Source of the DNA: Antedon mediterranea
Lineage: Eukaryota > Animalia > Echinodermata
Length of the DNA: 64,000 bases
Assembly: GCF_964355755.1 (NCBI RefSeq)
Contig: NC_092677.1
Span: forward strand, 27,205,175 to 27,269,174
Reading direction: 5' to 3'
This document shows, piece after piece, positions 1-13,000 of this stretch (the stretch's first letter is position 1; each line of letters begins with the position of its first letter). The notes under the pieces are model-generated. The model was not told where the DNA came from. It made no database searches and saw only the letters and a program-made list of their open reading frames with translations. Made by a program: the position numbers and the translations under genes.

Positions 1-108
1 TTAGTTTTAGGATTTATTAACATTTTTAATTTAATTTTCTTGTAAACAATGTCATAAAAAATAAAATATATATAATTGTTTAAAGTGAAATACCCAATAA
101 GTTGTTTA

Positions 109-287
109 GGCTTGGTTCCCACTAGAACGTAACGCAAGGACGTAAACGCAACGCAAGCGTTTTAACCAATGACAAGCGAAGTTATAGACAGTTAGCAATC
201 ACAAGCGAATAAGCCATCGCTTGTGATTGGTCAATTCACTTGCGTTGCGTTACGTCCTTGTGTTGCGTCGCTAGTGGGAACCACGCT
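109..287. mobile_element. MITE family B (PIF/Harbinger-like)
   Basis: TIRs GCTTGGTTCCCACTAG / CTAGTGGGAACCACGC, TWA flanks, and an internal inverted repeat. Related copies at 12369-12587 and (degenerate) about 54331-54533. Confidence 0.7.
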
Positions 288-673
288 TAAGTGACTAAAA
301 CATACAGAACTGTATAAAAACACAAGCAGGACGCATACAGATTTTTAAAGTCTTAAAAGTTTTGCTTTTGTGTACATGAATGAATGATAATTATACCATT
401 TTAAAATATTTCACTGTAAGTAAGTAAATAAACTACATTCAACCAAACAAATATGTTTTTACTGTGGAACTGTAATTTACTATACACAGGGATAGGTGTT
501 AAAAAGGTTTAGATGCCGGGTTGGAATAAACTGTACTCAATGTACAGTAGCTACAGTTGTTTGGATGGATGTGTTAACATTATTCTGAGTAGAAAAAGAC
601 TTCAAGGGTAGGGTGTCGCTATCTTCCTCCGCCCACCAGACAAAAAAAATTTTTTTTTTTTTAATTTGAATTA

Positions 674-920
674 ATTTGCATCAGACTATACAGCTCTAGT
701 GTATTGATTGGTAATAACACAAAACTGCTTTAAAGTAATATTTATTAGTTACAAGTAATTGCTTTAAAATTCATGGCCAGGCTACAGCAAATAGTACATG
801 CATATGCACAAGTAATTTATATGTAAATGAGTGATATTCAGTAGAAATGCCAGTGTCTGATATCATCAAATAGCTGGCTATTAGTGGCTTTGAATATGCA
901 GTAAATGGCTTTATGCAAAT
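674..920 (+). promoter_or_regulatory. Octamer/MORE site cluster upstream of the putative first POU exon
   Basis: ATTTGCAT 674-681, ATGCATATGCAC 798-809 (11/12 match to MORE), ATGTAAAT 821-828, ATGCAAAT 913-920. Confidence 0.55.
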
Positions 921-1094
921 CAGTTTGTGAGGATTCTGCTGCTACTGCGTGGTTGCCATACTGCTGTATATATCTCCGTCGTATCTTTATTTATTGCTAA
1001 CCTTAGTAAACTAGATGTCATTGTGTTCGTGACTTTGTTACAACATCTTGGAACACAAATTTATTTTTGTTTAACTTTGGAACACTTGTAGATT

Positions 1095-4000
1095 ATGCGT
1101 CAAGGTATGTTGATATTTACAACAAAATGTATTTTAATGTGTTTTATTTAATGCTTTTATATGTTTTAAAAATTATTTTTTCTTTTGCTTTATTTAAAAA
1201 TACAGTACATCTTGTTTCATTCTAAGTTCTAATTTTAAGATGGGATATTATGTGATGAAATTATAATTGTTATAACTCAAGTTTTTTTGGGTTTTTTTCA
1301 CGATATTTTTAGTTTTATGTTTTACAGTTACAATACCTGTATAGCTATACATTTAATAAAATAAAATTACTGTATTTGGTAAAATATGAAAAAATTTTTA
1401 AATTACCGTACTTATTTTTAATCAATTTTATTTACTGTTTGTGTAAAGTACATACTGCCTCTTGAATTTAGTATGTAAAAAATAGTAATATAAATTGAAA
1501 AAGTTTCTTAAATTTAAGATGTGCTTGTGTGTGTTTTAATTCAAATACTGTATTTTGTTTTTGTTCTTCAGATATGAGTACAGATGCTACACAAGCAGAC
1601 GGGCCAATCCCACTGAAGTTAGACTTAGCTGGTAAGAAACATTACTTAAAATTGAACTACAGTACTATACTAATCAGTATTTTACAGTTACTTTGTACTA
1701 TAGGCAGAGCAGAGTTTTAAACAGAATACAGTACCATATTTCCCTATTTTGAATATACAGTATTAATCCAAAGACCATTTTTTTGTAGAAAAGTGTGTTA
1801 ATTATTCATTCTGTTCATGATGTACAGTAATTGAATTATAGATGTTTTTAATTTTAAGGATTAGCACTGACAATGACAAATTTACACAACAATAATAAAT
1901 TAAGAGAACATTTTAAGAATGTTGTATTAATGTCTCATAAAAAAGATGTATAAGAACAGAAAAAAGTACAGCGAGGTAGAATGTAGGAAATTACAAATTT
2001 TATCTTTAATAATAATACATTTTTTTTAATATTCCAGGAAAGCAGGCTGTGAATGATGTACAGAATAGACAAGTTAGCGTAAGTTACACTTCCTTATTGA
2101 TCATTAAGCTCTGTCTATACTATCAAACTTGTTTGACAAAAAGAGGGTGATGTGCCCAAATATGTTAGTGATATACCCAAATATGGTAATGATATGACAT
2201 CATCATGTCCATATATGGGTGCATCACATGGTTTTGTCGCGTAATTTTTGAAAAAGCTTTAGAAATCACTTCATTATTCTATTACAGTAACTACATTCTT
2301 TTTGCAATAACTGATTTTAAGTTGTTTCAATATAGTTTAATGAGTTGCAGTAGTCAAGTTCTGTAATAATTAATAAAGTAAAATAATAGCTAAATAATTA
2401 AACTGATTTAAACCGGTTAAAGCATTAACAAAATGTGACTACTGCAATAAGTCAATTTTTTAGTAATCTCTACTATATTTTCCAGCTAGCATCGTTTACA
2501 CTTTTAAATTGAATATTATTTGTATTTTTACAGGCACAACCACACATCCAGCAGCAGGTATTAATGCAAGGTGTTACTGTACTACCCCATCCTACTGCAG
2601 CCGCTGCTGCAACTATTGTTACCAATGGAAATCAAGTGACTGGTTCGCTCCAAATGGAAGTCAATGACGAGACACAAACTGCACCAAAAAATGCTGTATG
2701 TTATTTATTTTATTCTCCTGATACACTGTGTTTTCGTTCCATCGATTTATAAAATATTTTATTTCTTGTTTCAACTGTAATCTCAAGGTTTATCCCATGT
2801 TACTGCACTGTTATGCGGCAGTCTTTGCAATATAAACTTATCAATACCCCAACAAAATAGAACATGACTGGTTCGTGGTCCTTAAGTCCACACCCCAGAC
2901 TTAACCCACTATTGTATAAAGGTGTTAAGTATTCAAACCAATTGTCTTTGACAGGTTGAAACAATCACAGCAGTGTCACAGGGACAACAAGTAGTGCAAG
3001 TACAGACTCAACCCCAAGCCCTGTCACTACCTACACAGACAGTGGTACAACCAATGCTACAGTCACAGTTACATGCGCAGCCTATACTACAGGCAATTCA
3101 ACAACCACTAGCCCTAACTCAAACACTAACACAGCAGCAGCTTCAGCTACTTCAGCAGCAGGCTAACGCCGCTGCTCAGGTACAAGTTGTCCGGGTAAGT
3201 AATCTCCCAATAGCTTAGCTTCTGTTCAGCTTTGTCTACACTATCAACTTGATGTGACAAAGAAATGTGATGTGCCCATATGGACATGATGATGTCATAT
3301 CGCTACCATATTTAAGCATACCATATTTGGGTACATCACACTTTTTTGGTCAAACTAGTTTATTAGTGTAGGCAGAGCTTAAGGTTACCCTTTGAAAACT
3401 GTGAAGTGTACACACAGTAGGTTGCTAACATCAGCCTTTTGTGTGATGTGCACTTGGACGATGTGAGTTCTGTGAAAGGGATATAATACAGAATTAACCT
3501 GGTTTTTCCCCAAGCATGCATCTCAAATTTATAAACAAATGTTATTATACCCAATAATAATTCATTTATTATTATTTGTTTGTTATTTAAATAGTTTTGT
3601 TTTCTATTATCCCTTTGTTTGAATTGTTCATTATTTAGCTTCATTTCATAAGGCTTATCATCATTTGTTGTTTTCATAATCCCTTTTAGTCCAATTCAAA
3701 TGCTGTATCATTCCAGAATATATTATTTCATTTATAGCTGGCACCAGTTGCAGATGTTGCAACCACAAGCTGCTCCATGTCAGCAGCAGCCCACTAATGC
3801 TACGCTAGCTGCTATCAATCTTTTTCCATGTGCTTTGTCTCCTAGTCTATTTATTCCAGACATTTTTATCATTTTATTTTTATACCCCATGTACTCTATT
3901 CCCTAGGCTCCAGCAGCCCAGCAGTTGCAGATTCTGCAACAGCAAGCTGCCGCTGCAGCTCAACCTCAGGTGCAGGTTGTCAGGGTGAGCTTTATTTCAT

Positions 4001-7000
4001 CCATCCTCTTCTTGGTTTCCAAAATCATGCTTTTTGTTTCTGTAGTTTTTAAACATTGTTTATATTGCTGTATGTTGTTTGCTTGGCTAATCAACCTTTT
4101 TCTTTATGCATTTAAATGCATGTTTTTCTTCTATGATAGATTTCAACATATTTTATTTCTTTGTGCATGTTTTTTGATTTCTGCTTCTTTATTCCTGTTT
4201 TTACTTTAAATACATTTTATTATTTCAAATCTTGGTAAACAAAATAGTTCTAACTTTTAACTTGAAAGGGGATAAGCTTAAGATTTGAGAAGGACATCAA
4301 ATACCTTAGATGGTGCCATAACCACTTGTATAGTGATTTAGTTCCAACATTTTACCCTGCCAGCTTGCCCTGCATGTTGTAGACTTCTGTAATAACATTT
4401 TTACTTGGTGCAATTAAAACACAATGCATTACAGTACTTGGTAAAAATGTTATCACACATAGAGTTCATGGCATATGACTTTCATATATGTCCAGAATTG
4501 AAGCTTTTGTGGTGGGGTGGTAAACAAAGGTTGGAGGATGGGGGATGACTTGACTGTAATGAGTGGAATTTTTATTCAGTGCATGTTACACAACTACTGC
4601 AGTTTAGTAAATTACCGTCCCAAAATGATATCTCGCTAACCATGGTAAGTTACCCTCTAGACTTCACATTCACAGTTTGTAATATAAATACTGAAAAATT
4701 AAAATAATTAAAAACTAGAGTTTAAACTGCTCAGCAGACCTCCATCCTCTTAAATTAAGTCCATATGAAGTTATTTAATTATTGTAAATGTTTCAAGTTT
4801 TTTATGGAAATTAATCTCTAATGGTATTTTTTTTAATACATTTGCTTTTGGCAAGGTTGTATTATGCAAATTTTCTTCATGAATTATGCATGAAAGGGTG
4901 ATTTTTCAACAACCTTTTACTACAATGAAGTTCATGCATATGATGCATAATTATTGTGAATAAATTAGCATATTTCTTTTACAGTAGCTTCTGTACATCA
5001 ATAATATTTAGTGCAATTTATACAAACTACTACTAGCTATGTTATACTGTAGCTATTAGAAGATAGAGGGAGAGGGGGTTTGTGCAATGTGATATGACAG
5101 GAAAGAAATGCATTTTGTCTGAATTAATAGAGTTTGTCTTGTGAGGGAACGAGCGAGAAATAAAGTGAAGGTTACACTTGTTTAAAGAATGATTTAGTAT
5201 GAAGAAGTGAGCAAGGATTACAGAAGAATTATTGAAGAAGGAAAGATAATTGAGAAGGAAAGGCATAATATGAGCAATAGTTTTAAAAATAATAATTTAT
5301 TAAAAATAATTACGTTTTGGCTAAATTTAATTGCTTAAATAGAACATTCCCTTTCTAACTATGGCAGAAGAATTATACTGAATATTACATTGAAGATTAC
5401 ATGAATACCTTGTTTCTACAAGTGTTACAATCACCTGCCTTCCTCCCCTCTGCTCTTATCTACCTTGTTCATAATTTGTTCCTTGGACACCACAATTAAA
5501 GCTTTGATTTACAGCAGGGTAGTTTTTTTCTCAAGATTTTAGTTTTTTTTGGATAAATAAATTGATTTAAAATCAAAACGTTATTGAATGTTAATTATTT
5601 AATCTACTTATAGGGTTATAAATTTGGATGTGGATTAAATTTAAAGATGTTTAAAAGATTACTGGCACACTTAATGTTTTAAGTCTGAACTTGGAATTAA
5701 TAAATCTGTCTGCTACAAATCTTTGAATTTGAATTTGCAAAAAAATGAAAAATGAAATATTCATGATATTACTAAAGCACTTAATTATAAAACAAATTAA
5801 TTATGGAAAATAATGAAGTTTGTCGGTTGCAAGGTAATGGATAAAAGTGAATAATTATTTCATGAAATGTTTTTAAGTAATATGTTTAATAAATTTTAAA
5901 TTTTAGAGCGAAGCATGCTTAGGTTTCAGTCTTTACTCCTATATTGGGGAGAAAGGTTTTGATCTGCTTACAGAGAATGTTAAACAAATTAATTGGTCCT
6001 TAATGGTGATGATGATGTTTGTAGAGATATATATAATATACCTTTTATATGCCAATTTTGAAAAAAAATAATGATGAAATGTAATTAATAAAGTAAAAAC
6101 CTGAGAAACTTTGGGCACGTGCTTAGACCATTGGGCATGTGCTTTGACCATTGGGCATGTGCTTTGACCATTGGGCATGTGCTTAGACCATTGGGTAAAT
6201 CCAATTTCCATAAACAAAATCCATAATGCAACTTGGACGTAGACTACTGTACATAAGAGTTGAAACAGTTGATATTTACAACCCTGGCACTAGGTCAGGA
6301 ATGATCTCTGAAACTTGGGATTGGAAGGCAGGCGTGTTAACCCCCAAGCTACATCGGGATTGGAAGGCAGGCTTGTTAACCCCCAAGCTACATCGGGATT
6401 GGAAGGCAGGCTTGTTAACCCCCAAGCTACATCGGGATTGGAAGGCAGGCTTGTTAACCCCCAAGCTACATCGGGATTGGAAGGCAGGCTTGTTAACCCC
6501 CAAGCTACATCGAGATTGGAAGGCAGGCTTGTTAACCCCCAAGCTACATCGGGATTGGAAGGCAGGCTTGTTAACCCCCAAGCTACATCGGGATTGGAAG
6601 GCAGGCTTGTTAACCCCCAAGCTACATCGGGATTGGAAGGCAGGCTTGTTAACCCCCAAGCTACATCGGGATTGGAAGGCAGGCTTGTTAACCCCCAAGC
6701 TACATCGGGATTGGAAGGCAGGCTTGTTAACCCCCAAGCTACATCGGGATTGGAAGGCAGGCTTGTTAACCCCCAAGCTACATCGGGATTGGAAGGCAGG
6801 CTTGTTAACCCCCAAGCTACATCGGGATTGGAAGGCAGGCTTGTTAACCCCCAAGCTACATCGAGATTGGAAGGCAGGCTTGTTAACCCCCAAGCTACAT
6901 CGGGATTGGAAGGCAGGCTTGTTAACCCCCAAGCTACATCGGGATTGGAAGGCAGGCTTGTTAACCCCCAAGCTACATCGGGATTGGAAGGCAGGCTTGT

Positions 7001-10000
7001 TAACCCCCAAGCTACATCGGGATTGGAAGGCAGGCTTGTTAACCCCCAAGCTACATCGGGATTGGAAGGCAGGCTTGTTAACCCCCAAGCTACATCATGG
7101 CTAAACACAAACAAACAAATTGTTATGATCACTATTTCTATTATATCATGCATTTGTGCATATGACCATAGAGATTATTTCTCCATCATACAGTATGACA
7201 CTGACAGACATTGATGGCATTACTAAAACTTGAAAAATGTAAAATCAGAATAATAATTCTGTTTATATTGTTATTGAATACAAACAGCAGCCTCTTTCAG
7301 AAATCTCCAGGATGTGGTGTAATACATATATTGATAAAGAACATCCAAGTTATGAAGCAGAAGAATCTCCAACTAAGGTGTACATTTAAATATTGCCACA
7401 TCATGTTCTGTAATGTTTCTAATATTTTTTATATTGTACACTTACACAAAAACTAACATTTTAGTTTTAAGTAGACATGTTTTGTGCTGTTTCGATAGCC
7501 CAAACATGGTTTGTGCTGTTTCGGTAGCCCAAACATGGTTTGTGCTGTTTCGGTAACCCAAACATTGTTTGTGCTGTTTCGGTAGCCCAAACATGGTTTG
7601 TGCTGTTTCGGTAACCCAAACATTGTTTGTGCTGTTTCGGTAGCCCGAACATGATTTCTGCTGTTTCGGTAGCCCAAACATGGTTTGTGCTGTTTCGGTA
7701 GCCCAAACATGGTTTGTGCTGTTTCGGTAGCCCAAACATGGTTTGTGCTGTTTCGGTAGCCCAAACATGGTTTGTGCTGTTTCGGTAGCCCAAACATTGT
7801 TTGTGCTGTTTCGGTAGCCCAAACATGGTTTGTGCTGTTTCGGTAGCCCAAACATGGTTTGTGCTGTTTCGGTAGCCCAAACATGGTTTGTGCTGTTTCG
7901 GTACCCCAACCATGGTTTGTGCTGTTTCGGTAGCCCAACCATGGTTTGTGCTGTTTCGGTAGCCCAAACATGGTTTGTGCTGTTAGTTAGCCCATTAAAA
8001 ATTGTTTGTCAATGTAAAGTACCATAGATTTTGCAAGTCCTCATAACAACATTCTTATTTTTTAATTGTTGGTATTGTACATTACACAATTTTTCATTGA
8101 TTTTAAAATCAATTTTCCTCACACTGTTTTATTTTATATCCATTTCATTGTTTACAGTCGTCTGTTCATATTTTAAACTAACAACCCTCAAATGCTAAAT
8201 ATGATACAGGGAAAATTTTCATTTAAAAATTTTGTTTAGCAATATTGTATAGTATTTTTTTGCTACACAATTTTCAAAATGTGTAGCAATAAGGTTGTTT
8301 TGTATAGCTTTTTGCTATGCTACACTGGCGAAAATGTTCCCTGTGATAGTAAAAGGTATAATAGTTAATGTATCTGTACATATTTAATTGAAATTTTTTA
8401 TTTATTCAACAATCGATTTAATTTACTTTTAAAATAGATGATGTTCTAATTTAAAAATCCATTAATACTAAAGTTATAAATAAATTAAATTTTATTTTTT
8501 GAAATAAATTGTTAGTTGAAATGAAATATTTTCAATTAATGAAATATTAAATATGGATGACATTTACCAAATAAATGAGAATAAAATCCACTTAAAGATA
8601 TTGCTATTAATTTTATCTGATCTACTTAAGATGAAATACTAATATTAATTAACAAAGCTATAGGTAGTAATTATTAACTACTCAAGGCCAGTAGACACTT
8701 TTTCTTACAATTTTCCCCCAATAAGAGTGATTCATGCAGATAAAAGCATTTTTTTGTTATTTTTTTTAGACAAATGATCGTTTTCCATAGTATTCTCAAA
8801 ATATATATTTTTTTGTCCATGTTTATGTAAGGTAATTGAACAACCATTTTAATGTTTCCCCTTCTCCTTTTAATGTTCCCCTGCCCCCTTTTAATGTGTC
8901 CTTCCCCCTTTTAATGTCCCCTTCCCCCTTTTAATGTGTCCTTCCCCCTTTTAATGTTCCCTTTCCTCCTTTTAATGTCCCCTTCCCCCATTTTAATGTT
9001 CCCCTTCCCCCTTTTACTGTTCCCCTGCCCCTTTTACTGTTCCCCTGCTCCCTTTTACTGTTCCCCTGCCCCCTTTTACTGTTCCCCTGCCCCCTTTTAC
9101 TGTTCCCCTGCCCCCTTTTACTGTTCCCCTGCCCCTTTTACTGTTCCCCTGCCCCTTTTATTGTTCCCCTGCTCCCTTTTACTGTTCCCCTTCCCCCATT
9201 TTAATGTTCCCCTGCCCCTTTTAGTGTTCCCCTGCTCCCTTTTAATGTCCCATCATTCCTTGCCTCAATACAACTTATTGGTCACTCAATTCTCTGTGCT
9301 ATATCTATACACATAGCATTGTTTGTTGGTAACTTTCATTTTTCTTGATCAAATCTAAAGTTTACCTTAAAGATTATTAATATTTGTCCCTGTAGTGGCA
9401 GTCTAAATAATTGCTTTTTATCGTTAGAACGCCAATGTCATTAACGATCTTTGAATAAAATATTTAGTTTTTACTTCAACCTAGCCAATTCAATTTCATG
9501 AGATTAAGACTTTAAAATAAAACCTAAAACCTTGAATATATACATGTTATATCTCCCATGCCATACATTAATAACAATATTATGGAAATAAACAAGAATT
9601 AATGCAAATTTACTTCTAAACTATTTTTAGCATGAATAGCAATAGAAGAATTTTAATCTTTGAAAGTATTTAAATACAAACAAAATCTATCATCTGGTTT
9701 TAAGTACAGTAGTTAGCAAATGTTGTCAAAGTTGAATTAAGTACCAAACTAAATTTGCTAGTGAAGGTTTTGCGATACCAGTTTCTATTCTGTTTCAATA
9801 GTTGTAAGTATACTGTACTACAGTATTTAGCAAATGCTTTAAAAATATACCAAATTAAGTTTGCCAGTAAAGATTTGTAGTAGTTTCCAAATAAAATAAA
9901 GTAATGAAGTTTAGAATATCTCTGCATTTTCATTCTTCTGCTACAACCATCTTCTAGAATACAAAGCAGGTTCAGTAAAGTTGAGGTGACTATAAAGTTC

Positions 10001-13000
10001 CACAACGGTGCTCCCAATTTGCCTAGGAAGTTTATTTTCCTTTTACCGCAAACCTGACTTTTCTATTGTTTATTCACCATTCAAACCTTAACAAAAAATG
10101 TTTGTTTTGTCCAATGCTGCGTGTAGAAACATAAATATGTTTCCTATTGAGCGCCGAGGAGTAGTTATTTTTATTTAAGGGGATAATACTGTAGATTTGT
10201 GTTTCATTCTATTAACATTCATCCAATTTTGTTATTCAGTTTGATCTGCATTTGTGTACAGGTGTGCATAAAATTTGCATATTCATTATCACGCTAATAA
10301 ACTGTCTGTAAAAACTCATAAACATGTTTGCAAACATAATCTATTTATTCAACTGTTGAAAAGAAAAGAAAAGCAATGCATGCATAACATCTGTGGTTAT
10401 GTAAGGTTGAAATCCTGAATACATGTCTATTGAGAAATATTCATTTAAAACATCCTTTGTAAATAATGCCAAACCATTAAACGTTTTGTTAAGCTCTGTC
10501 TACACTATCAAACTTTATGTGACAAAAAATGTGATCACACAGTGTAGACAGAGCATAAAACATATTTCTAGTTTAGTTTTTCAAGTGGTGGTTTTCAGAA
10601 GTCATTGTGACAGAATTTTAATATTGAAAGTAACCAAGTTTAAAAGTAGACAAGTAGATTTTGTGTTTTCATTGTTTTTATTCACTTCAACTAATCACAA
10701 AGCTTGAAACTATTTGTCTTGGCATCGCTAAACCGTAGTATTTTGATAACAACCACAAACTATAGACAACTCTAACCCCAGACGTTTTCTTTTAAATTGA
10801 AAACAATAGTCATTTGGCAAATGTACAATTCTTATTGAGCAATAATTTAAGTTATAATAAAATGTGAGGTTTATCATTTGTGGGTGTGGTTGTACCAGTT
10901 AGTGCGTTTATCGGCGTATTGGAGTTAATGTTGTTGGATGTATTTTGTGTTCACTTGGTGAGTTAGTTAGTAAATTAAATAGTTGTTAATTATTCTTATA
11001 ATTTCATTTATTTGTTTTTAAAGTTTACTTCATGCATTCTTTTTTGCACTTAATTGAACAGCTTGGTGGTAAATTAAGTTATGTATGTGCAATATTTCTT
11101 TAATTGTTTTATAATAATTAATAATAATAATCAACACTATTAGATAAAGTGTTATTTTTAAGTACACTGCATCCATGTTTTCTCCACGTATTGTCCAACC
11201 TAATTATTAACTCTAATAATAAATTATATTTACTGTAGTTTTTTTATACGTACCACATGTTGCACTTTGAAAATTTAATTTCATTATAACTTTTAAAAAT
11301 TTTATCAAAACATTATCTGTAATTTCAGACCACATATTAATGAACCTATTCTTTTTTAATGAATAATAATAATCTGTACTAATCAAGGTTTTACTATGTA
11401 TTATTTTGCACTTTATTGAAATAAATCATTTTGTACTTGAGTTGAAAATTTAAATATTGATAAAATCTATTAAATTATCTACTAAAGGAATACTCCTATT
11501 AAAAATTAATTTTCACTTAAAGATATATTGTCCCCCAAAATCATGAAAAATAAAGATTTATACAATCAGACTTGGAATATGTCATTTTGTAGTTTTAATG
11601 AAATTTATTCACTTCCATAAGAAAAAATGAACAAAAACGATGATTTCACTTATAAAAAGATAAAATAAACAGTTAAATTTTGAACACCAACAATTTTCTT
11701 TGCTTTTAATAAGTTACAGATTTTCAGGTAAAATAGTTTTTTTTTTTGACGATCTAACTTCTTTTTTCAAAGTCAAATTATTTTTTCAAATTATTTTTTC
11801 GGGGAGGCAATATATCTTTAATGTTTAATCTGTACTATAACAATCCCTTAAACATTTATAAATGACATTCTCAATTTTTAAAAAAACAATTAATTTTGAT
11901 TAATGTTCTTATCATTCATTATATTGTAGATTGATTAACTTTCAACATTCTCGTTGCAGATGCTAGGCCAGCAAGTTCCGCTAGCTGGGGCACAAGTCCA
12001 GCAGTTCTCTGCCTCAGACCTTCAGCAGCTACAGCAACAACTTCAACAACAAAACACAGGCCTACAACAATATGTGTTTCTTCAAACACCTGGACAGGTA
12101 TGCATTTATTTATTTATTTTTATAACCAACACTAACAGTGAATTTAAATTTTAATGGTTACACTTATTTTCAAAATGTTTTATCTAAAATGTCCATTTTC
12201 TTGTTAAGTTTATGATTTTTTTGTTACCCCCTCTGATGAATTTGATTATTTGTTTCTGTTCATAACACCCTTTCCTTCCCCCACTTCCTCATATGTGGTA
12301 TTTCTGTTTCAAGTTTTCTTACATTTTAATTTGATTAAATTAAAAAAAAACCAAAATTAACATTTTAAAGCTTGGTTCCCATTGAACGCAACAACATACT
12401 TGCACGACCAATAACAAGTTACTTGAATTGCTTGTACATTGATGAGTTGCATCTTAAGCCTCTGTCCACGCTATCAAACGTTATGTGATGTGCCAATATA
12501 TGGACACGAGGACATCATATCACTGTCATATTAGGGCACCTCACACTTTTTTGATAGTGTAGACAGAGCTTTAGTGGATACCAAGCTTAAGTGAATATTT
12601 AACAATTAACATCATCTACTAAATTAAACACTAATATAGTTATGTAATTTGATTTATAATAATGATTATGCTTTAATATTAATATTTACTAAACTGCATG
12701 TTTACACTAACAACGAAATTATAAAAACGCTCATTTACTTCGGAGGAAAATTTTACCACCAAAAAAGTTATACTGAACTACTTGTGTATACTGTTAGCAT
12801 CCTTGCATGTACAACCCAAGCCCCTCCATTACACTCACTACCATTGGCTGTGTATCATGTGTGATTCCATGTATTGACCAATCATATGCATGCTTTATTT
12901 GATGCCTTTAGATGCCTGCCAACATGCAACAACAACTGTTACTACAACAACAAGCCCAGCAACAAGGCTTGCTCCAACAAACACAAGCTGGTATGCTGCA

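Noticed and set aside
6226-7214. Long ORFs (270-299 aa) in four frames
   Set aside because: They arise from a stop-free 39-bp minisatellite in a POU intron. They are open on both strands with no domain or splice support.
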